From an uncultured Actinomycetes bacterium (GTDB lineage Bacteria > Actinomycetota > Thermoleophilia > Gaiellales > JAICJC01), in the NCBI GenBank assembly GCA_963797175.1, contig CAWCOL010000011.1, forward strand, positions 95,853 to 159,852: 64,000 nucleotides of DNA. Reading direction: 5' to 3'. Positions 58,210 to 64,000 of the stretch are shown piece by piece (position 1 is the first letter of the stretch; every line of letters begins with the position of its first letter). The notes under the pieces are model-generated. The model was not told where the DNA came from. It did not search any database and worked only from the letters and a program-made list of their open reading frames with translations. The position numbers and the translations under genes were made by a program.

Positions 58210-59939
58210 ACTCCCTCCTCGACCCAGGCGTTGTCGTCCTCGGCCCACTCGACGTCGATCATCTCGGCGCTCGCCCCGCCGGCCGGCACCATCGGGTAGA
58301 CCTTCTCCTCGTGGTCGACGCGGGCGTCGATCACGCACGGCCCGCCGCACTCGAGGGCGGCCGTGATGGCGGCGTCCACCTCGTCCGGCGTCTCGCAGCG
58401 GAAGCCGGCGACGCCGAACGCCTCGGCCAGCTTGACGTAGTCGGGCAGGTCGGTCTCGAACAGCGTCTCGGAGAAGCGCTCGCCGTGGAACAGCTCCTGC
58501 CACTGGCGCACCATCCCCAGCCAGCCGTTGTTGACGACCACGTGGATCGCTGCGATGCCGTACATGCGGGCGGTCGCCAGCTCCTGCATCGTCATCTGGA
58601 AGCAGCCGTCGCCGTCGATGTTGATCACCACCGCGTCCGGCCGGCCGACCTTGGCGCCGATCGCCGCGGGGACGCCGAAGCCCATCGTGCCGGCGCCGCC
58701 CGACGTCAGCCATCGCCGCGGCTTCTCGATCTGGAGGTACTGCGCCGCCCACATCTGGTGCTGCCCGACGCCGGTCGCCCAGATCACGTCCCGGTCGCGG
58801 GTCAGGTCGCGCAGCCGCTCGATCACGTACTCGGGCTTGAGCGGCAGGCTGTTGCGATAGCGGAACGGGTGGTCGCGCCGCCATCCCTGCACGGTGGCCA
58901 GCCACTCGGCGGCGTTCGGCGGCCCGCCGTTGGTGCGCGACTCCAGGGCCTCGGCCAGCTTCGGGATGACGTGCTCGAGCGACCCCACGATCGGGATCTG
59001 GGCCTCGCGGTTCTTGCCGATCTCGGCCGGGTCGACGTCCATGTGGATGACCTTCGCGCCGGGGGCGAACGCGTCCAGCCGGCCGGTCACCCGGTCGTCG
59101 AAGCGGGCGCCGCAGGCGACCAGCAGGTCGCAGCGGTTCATCGCCCAGTTCGCCGCCTTCGAGCCGTGCATGCCGGGCAGCCCGACGCAGAGCGGGTGCG
59201 AGTCGGGGAAGGCGCCCTTCGCCTGCAGCGTCGTCACCACCGGCATCTGCGCCGCGGCCGCCACCCGGATCAGGTCCTCCTGGGCGACGTCCGAGGAGAC
59301 GGCGCCGCCGCCCACGTAGAACGTCGGCCGCTCCGCGGCCAGGATCGCCTCGGCGGCCGTGATCACCTGGCGCGGGTGGCCGTGCTTGGACGGCTTGTAG
59401 CCGGGGATGTCCACCTGGCGCGGATACGTGAAGTCCAGCTCGGCCAGCTGGAGGTCCTTGGGCACGTCCACCAGCACGGGGCCGGGCCGGCCGGTGCGGG
59501 CGATGTGGAACGCCTCCTTCATCACGCGCGGGATGTCGTTCACGTCGTCCACCAGCCACGAGTGCTTGACGATCGGCATCGTGATGCCCTGGATGTCGGC
59601 CTCCTGGAACGCGTCGGTGCCGATCAGGTGCGTCGGCACCTGGCCGGTGATGCACACGATCGGGGTCGAGTCGAGGTAGGCGTCGGCGATCGGCGTGACC
59701 AGGTTGGTCGCGCCGGGGCCGGAGGTGGCGATCGCGACGCCGACCCTTCCGGTGGCCCGGGCGTAGCCCTGCGCCATGTGACCCGCGCCCTGCTCGTGCC
59801 GCACCAGGTAGTGGCGGATCGTGTGCTCGCACGACGCCCACGCGTCGTACAGCGGCAGGATCGCGCCGCCCGGCAGGCCGAAGACGTCGGTGACGCCCTC
59901 CGCCTCGAGCGAGCGGATGATCGCCTCGGCGCCGGTCAT
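58206..59939 (-). CDS. ilvB: Acetolactate synthase large subunit
   Basis: MTGAEAIIRSLEAEGV, GPGATNLVT, and the ThDP motif GDGCFQM...NNG. Confidence 0.95.
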   Translation of the reverse strand: MTGAEAIIRSLEAEGVTDVFGLPGGAILPLYDAWASCEHTIRHYLVRHEQGAGHMAQGYARATGRVGVAIATSGPGATNLVTPIADAYLDSTPIVCITGQVPTHLIGTDAFQEADIQGITMPIVKHSWLVDDVNDIPRVMKEAFHIARTGRPGPVLVDVPKDLQLAELDFTYPRQVDIPGYKPSKHGHPRQVITAAEAILAAERPTFYVGGGAVSSDVAQEDLIRVAAAAQMPVVTTLQAKGAFPDSHPLCVGLPGMHGSKAANWAMNRCDLLVACGARFDDRVTGRLDAFAPGAKVIHMDVDPAEIGKNREAQIPIVGSLEHVIPKLAEALESRTNGGPPNAAEWLATVQGWRRDHPFRYRNSLPLKPEYVIERLRDLTRDRDVIWATGVGQHQMWAAQYLQIEKPRRWLTSGGAGTMGFGVPAAIGAKVGRPDAVVINIDGDGCFQMTMQELATARMYGIAAIHVVVNNGWLGMVRQWQELFHGERFSETLFETDLPDYVKLAEAFGVAGFRCETPDEVDAAITAALECGGPCVIDARVDHEEKVYPMVPAGGASAEMIDVEWAEDDNAWVEEGV

Positions 59940-59949
59940 TCGTCGGGGA

Positions 59950-61035
59950 CTATCCACGGGCGGCCACCTCACGGTAAGGGTTTCGTTCGAACTCCGCGTC
60001 GCCGCTGGAGTGGTGCGACAGCGCCTCGCACACGGCCTGGCCGACCTCCCAGGTCGCGTACGCCCGTCCGCCGGCGACCTGGTCGGCGGTCGCGGTGCCC
60101 GCGGCCAGCACCTGGTCGACGGCCGCGGTGATCGCCCGCCCGACGTCGCGCCGGCCCAGGCCGTACGTGAACATCAGGCCGACCGAGAGGATCATCGCGA
60201 TCGGATTCGCCTCGCCCTGGCCGGCGATGTCCGGCGCCGAGCCGTGCACCGGCTCGAAGATGCCGGGCGGCTCGCTGCTGAGCGACGCCGACGGGGCCAG
60301 CCCCAGCCCGCCGCCGACGGCGGCGGCCAGGTCGGAGAGGATGTCGCCGAACAGGTTCTCGGTCAGGATCACGTCGTAGTCCTGCGGCCGGGTGGCCAGG
60401 TTCATCGCGAACGAGTCCACCAGCTCGTGGGTCAGCTGGAGCTCCGTGCCCTCGGCCTCGTGCAGCTCGGTGACGACGCGGCGCCACAGCTTGGAGGTCG
60501 CCAGCACGTTGGCCTTGTCCACCGAGACGACACGTCCCTCGCGCCGGCGGGCGAGGCGGAACGCCCAGCGGGCCACCCGCTCGATCTGCTCGCGCGTGTA
60601 CGTGCAGGTGTCGCTGGCGCGGTCGTCCTCGAGCTCCTTCGCCCCGAAGTAGAGGCCGCCGGTGAGCTCGCGCACGACCATCAGGTCGATCTGCCCGTGG
60701 CGCACCGGGCGGAGGTTGGCGTAGGCGTCCAGCTCACGCCGCAGCTCGAGCAGGCCCTGCTCCGGCCGGCGCCGGGAGCTCTCCCAGCGCGGGCCGCCGA
60801 CGGCGCCCAGCAGGACGGCGTCGGACGCCTTCACCGCCGCCCGGACGTGCGGCGGGAAGGGGTCTCCGTGCTTGTCGATGGCGTCGCCGCCGAAGGGCAG
60901 GTGCACCTGGCGCACCTTGACGCCGAACAGCTCGCCGGCGGCGTCGATCACGCGGCCGGCCTCGGCCATCACCTCGGGGCCGATGCCGTCGCCGGCGAGG
61001 CATGCGACGATCGGGACTGGGCGGGTTGGTGTCAT
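59950..61035 (-). CDS. leuB: 3-isopropylmalate dehydrogenase
   Basis: LAGDGIGPEV, NLRP, ENLFGDILSD and HGSAPDIAG. Confidence 0.93.
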   Translation of the reverse strand: MTPTRPVPIVACLAGDGIGPEVMAEAGRVIDAAGELFGVKVRQVHLPFGGDAIDKHGDPFPPHVRAAVKASDAVLLGAVGGPRWESSRRRPEQGLLELRRELDAYANLRPVRHGQIDLMVVRELTGGLYFGAKELEDDRASDTCTYTREQIERVARWAFRLARRREGRVVSVDKANVLATSKLWRRVVTELHEAEGTELQLTHELVDSFAMNLATRPQDYDVILTENLFGDILSDLAAAVGGGLGLAPSASLSSEPPGIFEPVHGSAPDIAGQGEANPIAMILSVGLMFTYGLGRRDVGRAITAAVDQVLAAGTATADQVAGGRAYATWEVGQAVCEALSHHSSGDAEFERNPYREVAARG

Positions 61036-61051
61036 GCGGGCTCCAATCTCA

Positions 61052-62593
61052 TCAGACTCCGGCCAGCTCCTGCTCCGGTTCGGTCGCGGTCTTGGCGTGC
61101 GCGCAGGCGCGCAGGTAGGCCTCGGCTGAGGCCTCGGTGATATCGGTGGACACTGCCTGGCTGGCAAACGTCGCGCCGCCGCACTCGACGACGACCCGCA
61201 CTTCTCCCAGCGCGTCCGCACCGCCCGAGACGGCCCCGATCGTGTACTCGACGAGCGTGGCGGGCACGCCCATCACCTGGTCGATGGCGCGGAACACCGC
61301 GTCCACCGGGCCGTCGCCCTCCGCCTCGCCCGTGCGCTCCGTGTCCGAGTGGGCAACCGTGATCTCGGCCCGCGCGGGATCGCCCGTGCGGGTCGTGATC
61401 GCCAGCGACACCAGCCGGTGGGTCTCCTCACGCTCACGCAGGGAGTCGGACGCGATGGCCTCCAGGTCGAGTGAGGTGATCTTCTGCTTGCGGTCGGCGA
61501 TCTCCTTGAACCGGGCGAACGCCCGGCGCAGGTCGTCGCCCTCGATGGTGAAGCCCAGGTCGGCGAAGGCCTGGCGCAGCGCGTGCCGGCCCGAGTGCTT
61601 TCCGAGCACGATGTCCGACCCGGCCAGGCCGACGGACTCGGCGTCCATGATCTCGTATGTCCGGCGGTTGGCCAGCACACCGTGGGCGTGGATGCCCGCC
61701 TCATGGGCGAACGCGTTGCGGCCCACGATCGCCTTGTTGGGCTGGACGACGTAGCCGGTCAGGCGCGAGACCATCCGCGACGTGCGCACGATCTCGGGCG
61801 TGACGATGGTCGTGTCCAGGCCCAGCCGCGGGCGGCGGGTGCGGAGCAGCATCACGATCTCCTCGAGCGAGGCGTTGCCCGCCCGCTCGCCGATGCCGTT
61901 GATCGTGCACTCCACCTGCCGCGCGCCGGCCATGACGCCCGCCATCGAGTTGGCCACGGCCAGCCCCAGGTCGTCGTGGCAGTGCACGGAGAGGACGACG
62001 CCGTGCAGCTCGGGCACCCGCTCGTACAGGTCGGTGAGGATCTCGACGTACTCCTCCGGCACGGTGTAGCCGACGGTGTCGGGGATGTTGATGGTGGTGG
62101 CTCCGGCGGCGATCGCCGTGCGCACGACCTGCGCCATGAACGCGGCGTCGGTGCGGGTCGCGTCCTCGCACGAGAACTCGACGTCGGCGGTGAACGCGCG
62201 GGCGCGGCGGACGGCCCGGTCGGCGGCGGCGACCACCTCGTCGCGCGTCATCCGCAGCTTGTGCTCCATGTGGATGTCCGACGTCGCGATGAACGTGTGG
62301 ATGCGCGGAGTGTTGACGCCGTGCAGCGAGTCGATGGCGGCGTCGATGTCCTCGTCGTTGCACCGCGCCAGCGACGCGACGACGCACTCGACCGCCTTGC
62401 CGACGGCGCGGATGCCCTCGATCTCACCCGGCGAGCTGATGGCGAAGCCGGCCTCGATCACGTTCACGCCCAGCCGCTCGAGCTGGCGGGCGATCTCGAC
62501 CTTCTCGCCGGCGTTCAGGGCGATGCCGGGCGACTGCTCGCCGTCTCTCAGCGTGGTGTCGAAGATCCGGACGGTGTCCGTGGTTGATCCCAT
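61052..62593 (-). CDS. leuA: 2-isopropylmalate synthase (short LeuA/CimA-type)
   Basis: IFDTTLRDGEQSPG, HCHDDLGLAVANS and a C-terminal LeuA dimerisation-like domain. RBS GAGGAGGAA is upstream. Confidence 0.88.
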   Translation of the reverse strand: MGSTTDTVRIFDTTLRDGEQSPGIALNAGEKVEIARQLERLGVNVIEAGFAISSPGEIEGIRAVGKAVECVVASLARCNDEDIDAAIDSLHGVNTPRIHTFIATSDIHMEHKLRMTRDEVVAAADRAVRRARAFTADVEFSCEDATRTDAAFMAQVVRTAIAAGATTINIPDTVGYTVPEEYVEILTDLYERVPELHGVVLSVHCHDDLGLAVANSMAGVMAGARQVECTINGIGERAGNASLEEIVMLLRTRRPRLGLDTTIVTPEIVRTSRMVSRLTGYVVQPNKAIVGRNAFAHEAGIHAHGVLANRRTYEIMDAESVGLAGSDIVLGKHSGRHALRQAFADLGFTIEGDDLRRAFARFKEIADRKQKITSLDLEAIASDSLREREETHRLVSLAITTRTGDPARAEITVAHSDTERTGEAEGDGPVDAVFRAIDQVMGVPATLVEYTIGAVSGGADALGEVRVVVECGGATFASQAVSTDITEASAEAYLRACAHAKTATEPEQELAGV

Positions 62594-62693
62594 GCGCAGG
62601 TTCCTCCTCGAAATCGGGGATGCGGACGCACCTCTCCCGTTGACTCGTGTGCGTGTGCGCCGGTCGCCGGCGCGTGTGCAGAAGTCGCTCGCC

Positions 62694-62816
62694 CTACCGG
62701 GCGAGGAGGAGGAGCAGGCCGAGGAGGCTGAGCGCGAAGAGCGAGGTGAACCCGACAGGACGCCCGCTCAGCGCGGAGCGGGCAGGGTTCTCCTTGGTGA
62801 TCGCGGTGCTCGGCAT
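62694..62816 (-). promoter_or_regulatory. Candidate leucine leader peptide ORF (40 codons) upstream of leuA
   Basis: MPSTAITKENPARSALSGRPVGFTSLFALSLLGLLLLLAR-stop, translated by hand (it is below the ORF-track size cut-off). There are 7 Leu codons in the 8 codons before Ala-Arg-stop. A TATTCT -10-like hexamer ends 10 nt upstream of the ATG. Confidence 0.5.
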
Positions 62817-63015
62817 GGTGACGCACAGAATAGGGTGCCGATCGCCCCGGGTCAAATCGCACCCGCGGCCGGACCGTCCGATCCGGCCGCGGCCGGCACC
62901 GGATCGGTGTTAGCGAACATGTGAAGTACAGCGTATGTGTGATGCATCATCTGACGCAGCGTGTAGAGTCTTACGAAGTCCAGTACGAAAGTCCCTGTTA
63001 CACGAGAGGTGAAAC

Positions 63016-63408
63016 ATGCCGCGCAGCGGTGAGATAGGTGAGAAGATCTTCGACGACGTCGAGAAGCTCGTGGCCGGCGGCATGAACCGGAGCCAGGCGT
63101 TCGCCAAGATCTCCGCGGACACCGGCCGCCGTGCGGGCACCGTGGCAGCCAACTATTACCGTGTCGCCCGCAAGCGCGCGGGTGGCTCGCTGCGGCCGCG
63201 CACCACGCGTGCCGCGCGGAAGCCGCGGTCGACCGCACCCGCGACGCGCGGCCGCCGGGCCGCGAGCAGCTCGGGGCGCGATATCGATGCGATCGCCGAC
63301 GAGCTCGTTCGCAACATCCAGGACCTCGCCGCCGCGGTCAAGGCGAACAGCGCCGAGACCAGCGAGCTGCGCGCCCGGCTGGACGGCGTCAAGAAGATGC
63401 TGGGGTAA
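63016..63408 (+). CDS. Small hypothetical protein with a basic linker (130 aa)
   Basis: RBS GAGAGGTGA is upstream. Has a helical N-terminus, an R/K/S/T-rich middle and a coiled-coil-like C-terminus. No family was recognised. Confidence 0.6.
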   Translation: MPRSGEIGEKIFDDVEKLVAGGMNRSQAFAKISADTGRRAGTVAANYYRVARKRAGGSLRPRTTRAARKPRSTAPATRGRRAASSSGRDIDAIADELVRNIQDLAAAVKANSAETSELRARLDGVKKMLG

Positions 63409-64000
63409 CGAGCGACGCTGCCACGGCGGGAGGGTCGTCCTCCCGCCGGCGGCGCAGCTCGTGTGCGCGCAGCGCCAGCCACAGCTCCAGCCGGTCGCCG
63501 GCGTCGGTCAGGTCGCGGCCGGTCAGCTCCTCGATCTTGCGCACCCGGTAGCGCAGCGTGTGGCGGTGCACGGACAGCGCCGCCGCCGCCTCGGCCCACC
63601 GGCCGTTGGCCTCGATGTAGGCGCGCAGCGACTCGACCAGCGCCGAGCCGTGCCGCCGGTCGTGGGCGACCAGCGGTCCCAGCAGCGAGTCACAGAAGAG
63701 CTCCATGCCGCGATCGCCCTGGAGCGAGAGCAGCAGCTGCATCGATCCCAGGTCGCGGAACGTTGCCAGAACAGGCGTGCCGTTGGGCGGTCGCGCCTCG
63801 ATCGCATACAGCGCCTCCTCGTAGCTGCGCGGCAGCTCGGCCGGTGAGCGGCGCAGCCGGCCGACGCCTGCCGCTCCGGCACCGGTCTCCAGCAGCATGC
63901 GGCCCGCCGCCTGCTCGGCGTCGGCATCGGCCGCGGCCTCGAACAGCACGGCCACGCCGCCGTCGCGGATGGTCGCCGGGCCGTAGGCCGCAGCCCGCTC
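63389..64000 (-). CDS. PucR/CdaR-family transcriptional regulator (C-terminal part; 5' end outside window)
   Basis: C-terminal HTH AAAALSVHRHTLRYRVRKIEELTGRDL. The frame is open to the window edge. Confidence 0.8.
   Translation of the reverse strand, partial: ERAAAYGPATIRDGGVAVLFEAAADADAEQAAGRMLLETGAGAAGVGRLRRSPAELPRSYEEALYAIEARPPNGTPVLATFRDLGSMQLLLSLQGDRGMELFCDSLLGPLVAHDRRHGSALVESLRAYIEANGRWAEAAAALSVHRHTLRYRVRKIEELTGRDLTDAGDRLELWLALRAHELRRRREDDPPAVAASLVTPASS

Noticed and set aside
62548-62862. 104-aa ORF-track entry overlapping the leuA upstream region.
   Set aside because: Its translation is R/P/H-rich off-frame sequence. The 40-codon Leu-rich ORF in another frame is the more meaningful reading of this region.

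Overview
This is a very GC-rich window (about 70-73% by eye), densely packed, and chromosomal in character. Gene content suggests Actinomycetota: MarP-like protease, PAC2, LtrA, LacI/IclR/GntR/PucR regulators, and many 4-nt ATGA/GTGA gene junctions. I support about 65 protein genes. I recognised no rRNA, tRNA, CRISPR array, prophage or integrase.

Main functional blocks:
- Branched-chain amino-acid biosynthesis: leuA-leuB-ilvB-ilvN-ilvC on the minus strand at 56.7-62.6 kb, leuCD at 46.6-48.5 kb, and ilvD at 29.9-31.6 kb.
- Transhydrogenase pntAA-pntAB-pntB.
- A molybdo-hydroxylase S/L/M set (xanthine dehydrogenase/CoxSLM family).
- A six-gene cyclopropane-fatty-acid-synthase cluster.
- c-di-GMP turnover genes: two tandem GAF-GGDEF genes and a membrane HD-GYP gene.
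- A MoxR/VWA pair and an SNF2 helicase.
- Several small regulator-plus-catabolic modules.

Most notable non-routine content:
1. An HUH/Y1 (RAYT-type) transposase gene at 6749-7312 is bracketed by arrays of a 12-nt-phased palindromic GC-rich repeat. A transposase-less, colinear copy of the same scaffold lies at 32089-32378.
2. An unlisted 40-codon ORF ending in LLGLLLLLAR sits about 100 nt upstream of leuA. It is a candidate Leu attenuation leader.
3. Five reading-frame anomalies: three apparent +1 frameshifts, an RNB ribonuclease with no canonical start lying in frame behind the ilvC stop, and an SDR gene with no stop that runs antisense through ltrA.
4. A large secreted protein built from eight tandem roughly 95-aa modules.

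All functional calls come from reading motifs in the supplied translations. No database search was run.
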